From the NCBI GenBank assembly GCA_951406725.2, contig OX597818.1:31124001-31188000 (forward strand): 64,000 nucleotides of DNA, in the 5' to 3' direction. Position numbers and translations under genes: made by a program. Origin of the DNA: Octopus vulgaris (taxonomy: Eukaryota). The first letter of the stretch is position 1. Every line of letters starts with the position of its first letter. The notes beneath the pieces are model-generated. The model did not search any database. It was given only the letters and a program-made list of their open reading frames with translations, and was not told the DNA's origin. Positions 1 through 14,229 of this stretch are shown here, piece by piece.

Positions 1-132
1 TACGATCCCTTTTGATCGAAACTCCCCCTTCCTTTTTTTTTTTTTTTTTTTTTTTTCTTAAACCTTCAAAAGAAAAGCTCTACCTTGTAATCTGTTCTAT
101 CTGTGTGCAGCCCTGTGTGGCTAATAAAGAAA
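1..132 (+). mobile_element. Probable 3' UTR/tail of a non-LTR retrotransposon, cut by the window start
   Basis: Ends in TCTGTGTGCAGCCCTGTGTGGCTAATAAAGAAA, closely resembling the tail of the SINE copies ending at ~2280, 3389 and 52970 (TCTGTGTTTAGCCCCTTGTGGGTAGTAAAGAAA); upstream sequence is unrelated to the SINE body. Confidence 0.4.
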
Positions 133-377
133 CATATCTATCTATCTATGGCTCGTAATAAGACATCAGATAATCAGTAGTATATACGATAAGGTAAGAT
201 AATCGGTAATACATACGATTAGTGCTCAGGTCGTCTTCATGCCTAAGCTCCTACATTAGATGCAACTTAAAGTGCAGGGATGTTATAATAGCTATATAAC
301 CTTCTATTCTACTTTACACACACAGACACACGCATGTGCGCACATACACATTATAAGCATAAATACACATAAATAAA

Positions 378-536
378 GGAATGGCTGTGAGGTAAGTAGG
401 TTGCTTACCAACCACGTAGTTCCGAGTTCAGTCCTACTGCGTGGCACCTTGGACAAGTGTCTTCTACTATAGCCTCGGGCCGACCAAAGCCTTGTGAGTA
501 GATTTGGTAGACAGAAAATGAAAGAAGCCTGTCGTA

Positions 537-614
<78 letters not shown>

Positions 615-817
615 TGTGTGTGTATGTGTGTATGCGTGAGTTTGTGTGTCTGTGCTTGTCCCCTCAACTTCGCTTGACAACCGATGCTGGTTCGGCAAAA
701 GAGACCGATAGAATAAGTACTAGGCTTACAAAGAATACGTCTTGGGGTTGATTTGCTAGACTAAAGGCAGTGCTCCAGCATGGCCGCAGTCAAATGACTG
801 ATACAAGTAAAAGAGTA
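378..817 (+). mobile_element. tRNA-derived CORE-type SINE, family B, with internal (TA)n/(TG)n
   Basis: A-box-like TGGCTGTGAGG, B-box-like GAGTTCAGTCC, CORE-like CCTTGGACAAGTGTCTT, tail GTGCTCCAGCATGGCCGCAGTCAAATGACTGA; at least 7 other copies in the window. Confidence 0.85.
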
Positions 818-1580
818 CACAAATATATAATGCACACACGCACCAGTACACGACAATAACGATTACGAAGACAACAGCAAAGACGACAACAACAATAACA
901 GCAACAACAACAACAGTAATAACAAATTTTGAAGTGAGAAATCATGGGGTGGCGTATAATTTTTGTAAGAACAAAGAAAAATAAAAGAAAAAAAATGACA
1001 AAAAAACCCCTGGAAAAACTGGTGTCAACGTAAAACCTTTGTAACGTTATGTGCTGAAGATGAAGTATTTCTGAGACTAGGCCAGACATGATGTTCGTAA
1101 TTTGTACTTTGCTATGAAAATAAACGGAAACTTGTCAAAACTTTACAATTTATCAAAATTATGGAAAGAAAACTTATGAATTCCAAAATGAAAGAAAGAA
1201 AATAAGTGAGAGGAAACGACTTCGTGCAGAAATCGGAAATTGGTTCAAACATGGTTGGTGAAAATGATAGGGAAGGTAAGATAAAGAAAGAGAGAGGTAG
1301 ATAGGTAGATAGAGAGTGGGGAAGAGAGAGAAAGACAGAAAGAGAAAGAGAGAGAGAGAGGGGGGAAAGAAAGAAATAGAAAAGAAAACGAGCGAGGAAG
1401 ATGGATTGTAAAAGAGAGGAAAGGAAGCGTATGCATGTATGCATACACACACACACACATATATATATATATGTAAGTATATCTCTATATGTACATGCAT
1501 TTATATAAAGATAGGGAGAGAGGGGGAGAGGGAAAGTTAGAGTGAGAGAACTGAAGACAGAGTGTAAAGGGTGAATGAGA

Positions 1581-1615
<35 letters not shown>

Positions 1616-1678
1616 GGAGAGAGGAAAGAGAAAGGGAAAATGATAGAGATATAGTGATAACAATGGATTATAAAAAGG

Positions 1679-1721
<43 letters not shown>

Positions 1722-2049
1722 TGATGGAGAGAGATAGATAGATAGACAGACGGATGGATGGGGAGAAAGAGAGAGACAGAGAGACTTAGAGAGAGAGAGG
1801 AGGAGGGAGAGAGAGAGAGAAAATTACTGAAATGTAATGGAAATTGATCGATAGCATGACAAATAAATGTATGTGACATCGGGAACTGTGAAATATGTTC
1901 ATGGTTTTAAAATGTTTGGATAGAAATCTTAAATCTTTTTCGGTTCCATGTCAGTAAATTTCAGTTATGAGGCCAATATTTATGGTACTGCCGCTTCTAT
2001 TGTTGTTCTTGGTATTGTTACTGTTATTCTCGTTGTTGTTGTTGTTGTT

Positions 2050-2375
2050 AAGGCGGCGAGCTGGCAGAAACGTTAGCACGCTGGGTGAAATGCGTAGCCG
2101 TATTTCGTCTGCCGTTACGTTGTGAGTTCAAATTCCACCGAGGTCGACTTTGCCTTTCATCCTTTCGGGGTCGATTAAAGAAGTACCAGTTACGCACTGG
2201 GGTCGATATAATTGCCTTAATCCGTTTGTCTGTCCTTGTTCGTCCCCTCTGTGTTTAGCCCCTTGTGGGTAGTAAAGAAATAGGTATTTCGTCTGCCGCT
2301 ACGTTCTGAGTTCAAATTCCTCCGAGGTCGACTTTGCCTTTCACCCTTTCGTGATCAGGGTCAATAAATGAAGTA
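2050..2375 (+). mobile_element. tRNA-derived SINE, family A: full copy followed by a partial second copy
   Basis: Head AAGGCGGCGAGCTGGCAGAA, B-box GAGTTCAAATTCC, central GCCTTTCATCCTTTCGGGGTCGAT; the body restarts at GTATTTCGTCTGCCG directly after the tail. Confidence 0.85.
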
Positions 2376-2431
2376 CCATAATGTAGATGAGAGTTTATTC
2401 ACCGCACCCTATATATTTATATGTATACGTG

Positions 2432-2464
<33 letters not shown>

Positions 2465-2465
2465 T

Positions 2466-2541
<76 letters not shown>

Positions 2542-2913
2542 ACACACACACAGAGACAGAAAGAGAGAGAGAGAGAGTAAGAGAGAAAGAATAAGAGTCA
2601 CTTGGTCGTTTTTGCCTTTATGTCATTTATTAGTTTACACCACTAGTTGTCAGCCTTTGGTAGTGCAGCGCCCCCTACCGAATAGTGTTTCACTTTCACC
2701 AACTTCCCCTTCCTCATGTTTTGCTATCAAATATATTTTTTAATCAAACTAAAGCTAATAATGTGCGTTGGTTTATAGTCAATATTTTCTCACAGCTTTA
2801 CATTAAGCATATGTCTCTTTTAAAGTATTTGTTTGAACTAGTGCTCCTTATGTCAAAATCATTTCAAAATGACTAAAGATGAGAACTCATGCAGAGAACT
2901 TATACTGGACTTT

Positions 2914-3389
2914 AAGGCGGCGAGTTGGCAGAAGCGTTAGCACGCCGGGCGAAATGCATAGCCGTATTTCGTCTGTCGCTACGTTCTGAGTTCAAATTCC
3001 GCCGAGGTCGTCTTTGCCTTTCATCCTTTCGGGGTCGATAAATTAAGTACCTATTTCTTTACTACCCACAAGGGGCTAAACACAGAGAAGACAAACAAGG
3101 ACAGACAAACAGATTAAGTCGATTACACCGACCCCAGTGCTTAACTGGTACTTAATTTATCGACCCAGAAAGGATGAAAGGCAAAGTCGACCTCGGCGGA
3201 ATTTGAACTCAGAACGTAACGGCAGACGAAATACGGCTACGCATTTCGCCCGGTGTGCTAACGTTTCTACCAGCTCGCCGCCCTAATTAAGTACCGGTTA
3301 CGCACTGGGATCGATGTAATCGACTTAATCCGTTTGTCTGTCCCTGTTTGTCCCCTCTATGTTTAGCCCCTTGTGGTTAATAAAGAAAC
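2914..3389 (+). mobile_element. SINE family A, outer copy with 16-bp TSD
   Basis: TSD ACTTATACTGGACTTT at 2898-2913 and 3390-3405; interrupted by an inverted copy. Confidence 0.9.
3052..3284 (-). mobile_element. SINE family A, inner copy nested in opposite orientation
   Basis: Full reverse-complement copy flanked by TSD AATTAAGTACC at 3041-3051 and 3285-3295. Confidence 0.9.
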
Positions 3390-3540
3390 ACTTATACTGG
3401 ACTTTGGTACGTTATCAGTTATGTTTCTGCTTGCTGGAAATCCGCAATATCCTATCCATATTTTAATTCCCCACAAAAATTTGTTTGAAAATATTTAAAA
3501 TATATGAATTCTATCTGATTTCAATGTTTTATTTCTAAGA

Positions 3541-3862
3541 AAGGCGGCGAGCAGGTAGAATCGCTAACACGCCGGGCAGAATGCCTAACGGCTTTTCGTT
3601 CGTCCGCTCTGAGGTCGACTTTGCCTTCAATCCTTTTGGGGTCGATAAAATAAATACCAGTTGAACACTGGGGTCGATGTAATCGAATTATCACCTCCCC
3701 TCGAAACTAATATTTTATTTCTAAGAAAGACAGCATGAGCTGGCAGCATCGTTAGCACGCCGGGGAGAATGCTTAGCAGCATTTCGTCCGCCCTTACGCT
3801 CTGAGTTCAAATTCCACCGGGGCCGACTTAGCCCTCTCTTCGAAATTGCTGGCCTTGTGCAA
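3541..3862 (+). mobile_element. Two degenerate SINE family A copies in tandem
   Basis: Heads at ~3541 and ~3728 with family A motifs; ATATTTTATTTCTAAGA-like sequence recurs at the boundaries. Confidence 0.7.
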
Positions 3863-4351
3863 AGATATTTTATTTACCAATATTTTATTTCTAAGATATA
3901 GAAATATCACGACCTCTCTAAACATCGGGCGCTCCATTGTGAGCTTATTGCGCCAACAAAGATGCAGTACTGTCCCAGTTAAGAGCCACTGATTTGGATA
4001 CGTTCTGAGACTTCGGTATTTATGTTTGTCTGTCTGCCGGCCTGTCTGCCGGATTGTTTGTCTATCTGTCTGCCTGTTTCTCTGTCAGAATGTTTGTTAC
4101 CCATAATTCTTAATAAATCAATCTCCATGCTAGTTTAAATTCACTGTTACCCAACCTTGCAATACTAAATGAGAGTCGATGCTACACGCACATACACAAC
4201 AACAGCAAAATTACAACAAGTAAAACAATATTGAAAAAACGCATATAGAAACTAAAAAAAAAAATGAAATAAAATGAAATAAAATAAAGTAAGAGTTGTA
4301 ATTAAATAAATCCAAAATGGAAATGGTCCTGAATTTATCTGAGGGAAGAAA

Positions 4352-5170
<819 letters not shown>

Positions 5171-5759
5171 CTTCTTATTGCTGTTAGGTTTTGTTGTCGT
5201 TTCCATGCGCTTCAAAAGCAGCGTAATATTTGTCAAAGTCACTGACGTCGATCGGCTGAATCTTCCTCCGTTCGCCGACAATAGGTCAAGGTTGATCTGT
5301 GAGGGTGCAAACAACCCCCGGATTTAACAGAAGAGTAACGGTTCAAGCAGCAATGTTGAAAATATAATGTAATTTAAATCTTTAATTGAAATTTTAACGA
5401 CTTTTTCCTCTCCGTTCCTCCTCCACCCGCTTTCTCCAACTCCTACTCATCGTCACCACTCAACTTACTGGATCCATGCAACTCTCACAATGTTTTCTTC
5501 TATCTCTTGGATACAGCATAAATTCCAAGAATTCACACATAATGGCCAACAGTGTGTGTGCGTGTGTGTGAGGGGGGGGGGGTAGAGGGGGGTCGGGCGG
5601 AAGATAAAGGAGAGAAGGAGTGAGGAATGTTTGGATTTATTAATTTATAAAGAAAAATAACTTTTCTTGTTTAAAAAAAACCCCAAAAATGTTGTGCTAA
5701 TTTTTATATTTATGTATTTATATATTTATATTAATATCTTCCCGTTTTTAAAAAAAAAC

Positions 5760-5810
5760 TAATGATCATGATGATAATGATGATAAATAATGATAATAAT
5801 AATAATAATG

Positions 5811-5867
<57 letters not shown>

Positions 5868-5968
5868 AATACAAGTATAATATAATAATATATAAAAATA
5901 ACTAATAATCTTGTCACTCGTTGATGAAGATTGTGGTGATGTTGCTAATGATGGTGGTGGTGGTGGTA

Positions 5969-5999
<31 letters not shown>

Positions 6000-6534
6000 G
6001 GAGGAGGAGGAGGATGGCGACGATGATGACGTTGATGGTGAAGTTGATGATCATGACGTGATGACCACGATGAAAATGATGATGATGATGGCTACATCGA
6101 CAACGATTACAATAAGATAATGAAGATGACAGTGATAAAAATCATGGTAGTGATGACGATAATGAGGACGTTGATGATGATGATGACAACGATAAAAATC
6201 ATGCTAATGATGATGATAAATATCTTAATGATCATCGCTATCATATTGGTGGTAATAATCATTATGATCGTGATGATGATGATAATGCTAATGACGACGG
6301 CGACGATGATGATGACGATGATGATGACAATGATAATAATGAATATGGTGACGATGATAAATGATGATCGCGTACAGTGTTAGTGATGACGACGATAACG
6401 ATGACGATGATGGCGACAACGACGACGATGATGAATGACGATGGCGGACAATGATGACGATAATAATGATGTTGACGCATTTAAATAATGCTTCTGATGA
6501 CGATGATAATGACGATGACGACGACGACGACAAC

Positions 6535-6588
<54 letters not shown>

Positions 6589-6700
6589 GAATTGAATAAT
6601 GATGATTGCGATGGTGGTGGTGGTGGTGATGATCACGGTAGTGGTGGTGGTGGTAATGATGATGATGATGATGATGATGATGTCGACAGGGGATTGATGA
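5760..6700. repeat. Degenerate trinucleotide tract of (TAA)n/(GAT)n/(GAC)n/(GGT)n
   Basis: Directly visible; explains the poly-D/M/I/S ORFs. Confidence 0.9.
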
Positions 6701-7490
6701 CTATGATGATGAGGAAACGCCATCGTAACAAAGGCTTGGTAGTGGGTGGAGGTGGGTGGGAGGATACCGACACCATGCATCGCTGGCAGCGATATTCCAC
6801 ATGGCAAAAGCAGTCTGTATTAGACTCCACTGTCCATTCTTCATTTGCCAAGAACCGTCGAAAGAATGTTCCGCGAACGTATAACACCAATAACTCTACA
6901 TAGAAGGATAAAACAAAACAAAAACAAAAACAAAAACAAAAGGACAAAACAAAATGAAAGAAAAATGAAGAAAAAGGAAAAAGAAAATGAGGAAGAAAAT
7001 TTTATGGCCAGTTTGCTAAAGATCGTCAGAGCATAGCTATTCTGAGAAGACATTCTTTAATACTACACACCATTCCGTTTCTTCACCCTACATCACTCCT
7101 TTGTCTTGCTTAAACACAGAACAAACTATAAAACAAAAGAAAACAAAGCCCATACTTTTATTCGTTTTTATACTGTTTTTCTTTTCTTCGTATTCTTCTT
7201 GTTTCTTATTATTCTTTCTTCTTCTCCTTCTTCGTTGAAATTTCTGCAATGATTTGTTAAAATAACTCTTTGTTATTTCTGTCGTTGCTGTCATCTAGGT
7301 TTATTCACCAAATAGGAATTATACACGGCCGCTGTGATGTTAGACTCAAACAATTGTTTATGATTAATCAGTCAACATGGCGAAAGGAGCAGCGTTTTCT
7401 TCATAACTAACTATACGCCTCTATCTCTTTCCAATCATCTCTTGCTTGTTGTTTTGTTTCTTTCTCAATTTCTTTCTTCCTTTCTTCCTG

Positions 7491-7606
<116 letters not shown>

Positions 7607-7715
7607 GCCTTCCTTTCTCATTCTTTCTTTCGCTTGCTCACTCAATCTCTAGCTACCTTCTTCTCTAATTACCTAGTTATGCAATAAATCGCACGCTTTT
7701 AAAATCAGAATGATA

Positions 7716-7877
7716 GGCGCAGTAATGGGTGTGTGGTAAGTAGCTTACTTAAAAACCACATGGTTCTGGGTTCTCTCCCACTGCGTGCCACCTTGGACAA
7801 GTGCCTTCAACTATAACCTCGGGCTGACGAAAGCCTTGTGAGTGGATCTGGTAGACGGAAACTGAAAGAAGTACGTC

Positions 7878-7950
<73 letters not shown>

Positions 7951-8180
7951 CATATATATATATATATGTTTGTGTGTCTGTCTTTATCTCACCACCATCG
8001 CTTGGCAACCAATGTTGGTGTGTTTACATCCTCATAACTTAGCGGTTCGGCAAAAGAGTCCGATAGAATAAGTACTAGGCTTACAAAAAATAAGTTCTGG
8101 AGTAAATTTGTACAACTAAAGGCGGTGCCCCAGCATGGCCGCAGTCAAATGATTGAAACAAATAAAAGTATAAAAGAATA
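7716..8180 (+). mobile_element. SINE family B
   Basis: Colinear with 378-817 including the internal (TA)n and the tail GGTGCCCCAGCATGGCCGCAGTCAAATGATTGAAAC. Confidence 0.85.
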
Positions 8181-9150
8181 CTTCAGTATCTACACACACA
8201 CACACACACACATATATAGATATATATATATACACATATAAACACATATGTGCATGCACACATAAATGTCTACATATTTGAGAGAAATATGTGACGTTCA
8301 TGCCTTTTCCGAAGACATAAATAAAGTAAAAAGTATTCAACCGGAGAATGAAACTTTGATAGTTATCACAGTGTTGTTCGGACAGGGATGACGGCACTGG
8401 ATCCGATGCAATTGTTGTTTAACCCCAGTCCAGCCATCATCGAGCTTTTTTGTTATCAAAAGTTTTCCACTCATGACTATCTTATTTTTCTTCTCTAGCT
8501 TAATGTAGAATTTCGTTACCCAATGTGTTCTCCCCCACCTTAAAGTCTGTAAGGTGTGACTTGAGAGTGATTCAGTGGCTATTTTCTGCAGGTCAAGTGA
8601 CTTCTTAGAGGAACCTTTGTTGGTTCAGCGTTAGTATGAACATTGAGGCTACTGATTGATGCAAGGGATTTAAGGTTGCTAGGATTTTGCTTTTTGTTCT
8701 ACAGATCTTGCCAATTTTCTGATGTACTTTTCATGTCTTTTATTTGGGAAGGAAGGCAGTGCAGTACTCATTACTTTTTACAAAGCTTCTGGGATTGCTG
8801 AGATGGAGGGAGGGAGATAGAGAGGAAGCTATCCTCAAACCGGAAACTAGGTTCAAATGATTGCAACAGAGTGGACTCTGATAAAAACACTCAAAGTACC
8901 TGGTGGTGGTATTAGACAAGCAATTGATTAAAGCTATTACCCGAGCTGGTAATGGCAGGATTTGAACTCAGAACACAACGACCGGAAAAGTTTCCACAAG
9001 TTCCGCCAAGCTACGTTCCTGGCTCGGTACAATTTTTGTTGACACCGAAAGAATAAATAATCATTGTTTCTTTCCATGAGACCTAACGATTGAACTCTTC
9101 TTTTATATATGAATTTATTCGCCATAGTATAAATCGGTGTATTACTGAAA

Positions 9151-9485
9151 CATGGACAGCGAGGCACACCAATGGAGAAGTTTTTAAGCAGATCAGGCCG
9201 AATATGTCGCTAGAAGCTAGGATCACCAAGCATAGATTGGCATATTTTGGTCATATTATGCGGAGAAAATCCCTGGAGAAGGACATCATGCTCGGAATGG
9301 TCAGTGGCAAGAGAGGAAGAGGCCGACCAAGAACCCGCTGGCATGACACCATAAAGAATGATACCGAAATGGACATAGCCAATCTGAAAGAAGCGGCCCA
9401 GGATAGAATTGACTGGAGGACACTGATCCATTGAGTAACCGAGAGTCGACTTCGACTGAGCGGATAAATAGATACATAGATAGTT
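9151..9485 (+). mobile_element. 5'-truncated RTE (BovB-like) LINE, ORF C-terminus and tail
   Basis: Translation WTARHTNGEV...RLAYFGHIMRRKSLEKDIMLGMVSGKRGRGRPRTRW...AAQDRIDWR matches the typical RTE-clade C-terminus; short (ATAG)-like tail. Confidence 0.85.
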
Positions 9486-9704
9486 TTATTGACAAATTCA
9501 TCACAGGATGGGTGAGGGGAAAGTAAGTTTAATGTTAATAATAAACCGACTTAATTTGTTACTCGGTTTAACGTTACTAATTTACTGTCTTTAGAGGGGG
9601 CTACCATGTTGGGCCAAATATCTGCTCTGAGGATCAACCTACAAATCCTGCATTTTTTCTTTCCTAGCTATGCTAAAGCAACAACTACACAAAAGTATAC
9701 TTAT

Positions 9705-10000
9705 ACTTCTTCACTCCTGCACCAGAACGTGGGCTGCGGGGTCATTCCGAAAAGCTCTATCTACGACGATTTCATCTCAATCGAAGGAGAGGGGCTTTCT
9801 CCGTCCGGGTTGCGGATCCGTGGAATAAGCTGCCGGACGAGATAGTGAAGATGCTGACGACCGCTCGGTTCAAAGTCTCTCTTGACCAGAAATGACCTGA
9901 ACTCTGTGTATGAACACCCTCCCTGTACATAACTCCATGTTCCCCTACATGGCCTTGCTTTTGCTTTTTGAGCCAAAAAAAAAGAAAATTAAATTAAAAA
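9705..10000 (+). mobile_element. 5'-truncated CR1-type LINE 3' end
   Basis: Hand translation LRGHSEKLYLRRFHLNRRRGAFSVRVADPWNKLPDEIVKMLTTARFKVSLD fits the CR1 ORF2 C-terminal pattern RGH..KL...FS.RV...WN.LP...FK..LD; second copy at 62294-62465. Confidence 0.8.
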
Positions 10001-10441
10001 ATATATCTGTACATATATTCTTGAAAGAAGTGATTTTCAAAGAGTGCCATTATCTTCTTTGAAAAAAACTTTTATTATATTTAAAAGAAAGTATTGAAAT
10101 TATTTAAAAAATAGTTAGTTCCCTTCACTCTAAACATTATCCTTTTTTCTACAAAGAAATATACAAGCATCGATGCAAGTCATTAAAACCCTTAGGTTTT
10201 CTAAGTCGCATGACCTTTTCCGATTCGCTTCAAAAATCTCGTGGCACATTTACCAACTGTATGTGACATAAAAGTGTGCCATGGCGCAGCAGTTGAATAT
10301 GTCTGCTTTAGACATTGATAAATATTCTACGCTCTACATTTCTTCCACCTTTTCCGGCTCTTTTATCCTTGCATCAATTTGATTAACCATCGTATAACAT
10401 GTTTCCATTACTCAACGATATTTCCTTCCATTAGCAGCTAA

Positions 10442-10820
10442 CTAGCAGTATCGCCCGGCGTTGCTCAGGTTTGTAAGGGAAATAACTATAAAGCATTTTT
10501 AGAGAGTTATAGCCAAAAAATAGCAAAAAAATGGAATAAAAATTATGGTTTTTTTGAAAGTTAAAAAAGGTGGAGTTGCGTCCCCTAGACGGTCTGTGGT
10601 TTGGGTTTATGATTCTCGACCCCATGTCGAATTTATCGATTTTTTTCAGAACTGGGGGAACTTTTCAAAATTTTCGCTGCGTTAGTTTTGAATTATGACA
10701 TTGGGCTATGTGTGTGTCAAGTTTCATCAGAATCGGTTGAAAGCCGTGGTCAGAGTGAGGGTACGAGAAAACAGACACACAGAAAACGCACAGACAAACT
10801 GCCGTTTATATAGAGAGAGA
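10442..10820 (-). mobile_element. Non-autonomous Helitron
   Basis: Minus strand begins A|TCTCTCTATATAAA and ends with a hairpin-like CCTGAGCAACGCCGGG followed by CTAG|T; no TSD, AT insertion site. Confidence 0.8.
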
Positions 10821-11904
10821 TTTATGTCCAATGATAAAACAGAGATATAGTGACGGTACAAGATTGAACTAAAATATGCATTAATGGAAATATTTGTCGA
10901 TTTATTTGAATAGAAACATATATGATGGAGGTGGTGGTTATGGAAATCGTGGCTAATATTTATGGAAATAATGGTGGTAGTAGTGGTTAGTGAAATAGAG
11001 GCGGTGGAGGTGGTGGTGATAATTATGATGATGGAGTTATTAGCATTTGTGGTTCAAGGTTGTGTGGTGGATGGTAATGGAAACACTTGCAGCGGTGGTA
11101 TTAGTATTAATAGTAGTGTGACTAAAAGGATGGTATCTGACGAGATGTTGGTGCTGGTAGAAGCAATACTACTGTTGTTCCTGATATGGTGCAGCAATAG
11201 GTATGTATGTGTGAGTGGTGTGCTGTTCGGGATGTTGTTGTTGATAGGTAATATTTATCCCTACTTAAACGTGGATGTTCTTTTAGAACAAACTATACTG
11301 CGGTAGTTACCTCGAGAGAAACTCTCATATTGGCTTTTTGCTGCAAAATGCACTCTTAAATCGCTAGCGGGAAGATAAATTCTCGCTACCTCTAGCGCTG
11401 AAACCATCAGCACTATCTCCAGCGCTGAGATTACGTGATTTCGACCTTGTTTGGTCTTGTCAATGATAGACACGCGACCACTAGAGAAAACAGCGTTTCA
11501 CTTGCCAGCCAGCGATATATAGATTGACAGTGCCAGGACAGGCGCTGGTGTCGCAATTACCCAGTTAGCTTGCTAATATTAAATATATACTGGAGACAGA
11601 GGCAGTATTAATACTGAGACGTAATATTTATCCCCAATTAAACATGGATGTTCTATTGGAACAAGCTTTACAATTTGTTCTAATAAAGATCGTTCTAATA
11701 GAACGTTTATTCCCACGTTTTAGTGGAGATAACTATTACCTCTTGATATTAATACTGCCTATGTTGCTAATATATAGTTTTTGTTGGTGGTTACAGATAA
11801 TGATAATGATTGTTGTTGCTTTGTCTTGAGTCAGATCTGATTAATCAGACTTGTGATGAAAGGCATTGCAGCCTCTGACAACAAGTCTTATATAAATACA
11901 CATT

Positions 11905-12192
11905 GTATTTGTTGTTTTGTTGTTGTTTGTTCCTTCTCGAGCCATGCTTGGCTCATAAGGGCTGGTTTCCCCGGTATCATTGGCGTATAGGTTCCCCACC
12001 TGGATGGGACGCCGGTCCGTCTCAGATGAGCTGCTAGATGCAGGAGGAGAGAAAGTTGTGGCGAAAAAGTCAGCAGAAGTTCGCGTGGAGCTTAGGTGTT
12101 TCGGTCATCAACACACACATCACCCGGTCTGGGATTCGAACCCGCGATCCCTCGACCGCGAGTTCGCTGCTCTGACCACTAGGCCTTCACAC
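11905..12192 (-). mobile_element. tRNA-derived SINE, family D (V-domain-like centre)
   Basis: A-box GGCCTAGTGG, B-box GGTTCGAATCC, centre GACGGACCGGCGTCCCATCCAG, (CAA)-rich tail; related to 33826-34130. Confidence 0.7.
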
Positions 12193-12464
12193 ATATTGTA
12201 TTTATCGATATAAACTTCCGTTTTTAGGGTGTAATTAGAGGTAGATATAGTTGCTATTTCTAGCAGAACACTAAGAAGCTTCCGTCGATGCTCATTGGCG
12301 TTTAGGTGGCTGGATGTGTAAGAGAGCGTGGTAGAGATGAAGAGAAACAAGGAAAAGAAGAGAATATGAAGGGCAACGGGATTTTATATCCATGTAATTT
12401 TCTGAATTTTATAAACTTATTTGAAGAGAGGAAAGAGAAACAGAGAAAGAAAGAGGAGAGGTAA

Positions 12465-12504
<40 letters not shown>

Positions 12505-13329
12505 AGAGAGAAGGAAAAGTCAGAGAGAAACGTAGTTACAAAGAAAAACGAGAGAGAAATAAACACGCACGCGCACGCGCGCACACATACACACACAACA
12601 CACACACAATACACGCAAACACAACACACACAAAAATATACACACAAACGCACACACGTACGAAAGCGCGCGCGCTCACGCAAACACGCAGACACACGCG
12701 CGTGCGCGCACACACACACATACTCATACACAAATACACGAAGGAAACTGAGGTGACAAAGGAATAAACGATCATCTTAGGAACTTCATTACGTAACAGC
12801 TGTTTCCGCTATAGATGCAATGCATAGTGAAATGCCTTATTTATTTATTATCGGAATGCCTAATATATATTTATATATGTGTGTGTGTGTATGTGTGTAT
12901 GTGTGTATGTATTTTCCTTTGATTTCAATATGGAAAGATATGTGTAACTTACGATGATTAACAAACTCTTTTCTATTACATCTTCCCCACAATTACTCAT
13001 CTTTACTAACTGTATGCATGCTTGAAGTTAACAAACTTCATACATCGAATTCTATGGATCGTTCTAACTTATTACTATGTATGCATGTATGTATGTATGT
13101 ATGTATGTATGTATGTATGTATGTATGTATGTATGTATGTATGTATGTATGTATGTATGTATGCATGTATGTATGTACGTATGTATGTATGTACGTATGT
13201 ATGCATTTACGTATGTGTGTGTATCTGTGTGCACATATACCTTATCATATAACACAAGTGAGCAGAGAGAGAGAGAGGAGAGATAGAGAGTAAAAGAACG
13301 AGAGTGAGAGAGAATGCATATGAGTGAAT

Positions 13330-13391
<62 letters not shown>

Positions 13392-13580
13392 AAGAATTAA
13401 CCTAGCTACTGAATAATGACAAAATACAAGTGAAGAAAGACATGATTTTTGCCTGAAGCAGTTTTAATGATTAATGATACCTTAAAACATTAAGAGGTTG
13501 AATATTCATCCATCGTTTTGCAAAGATGTAATGATTAGCTAACTAGCATTCTTTGCAACGATCTATCTATCTATCTATCC

Positions 13581-13748
<168 letters not shown>

Positions 13749-13761
13749 CTCTCTCTATCTA

Positions 13762-13804
<43 letters not shown>

Positions 13805-13903
13805 CTATACTGGTATGTACGTATGTGTGTTTGGACGTATATGTATTCACGTATGTATGTGTGTATGCATACCTGGGTACATATATAAAGATATGTATTT
13901 ATG

Positions 13904-13957
<54 letters not shown>

Positions 13958-14229
13958 CAGATAGATAGATAGATAAAGAGAGAGAGGGGGGAGCGAAATA
14001 CAGAGGAAGCGGGAAAGAGAAAAGAGCAAACAATCGTATGTTTATGAATATATTCAATAAGTTGCTACAGAATATTACGAAGATATAATGAAATCATTAC
14101 AGCTTTTACGATACATCCTCGGAACACTAGATATAACATTACAGACAGTAGATAGTATTATAATAGTATATTGTTACAAATAGTATATATGCAATTGAAA
14201 ATATTAAATTCATATAAGGCGGTATAATA

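Noticed and set aside
5911-6903. Acidic poly-D or Met-rich protein on the plus strand
   Set aside because: Low-complexity (GAT)n translation open in several frames, with no domain
11421-11470. Minus-strand hammerhead-like TTGACAAGACCAAACAAGGTCGAAA
   Set aside because: Two core mismatches and no convincing stem I
12120-12192. tRNA gene-like sequence (also at 30705-30781 and 34060-34130)
   Set aside because: A/B boxes run directly into SINE bodies and no complete cloverleaf is evident; these are SINE heads
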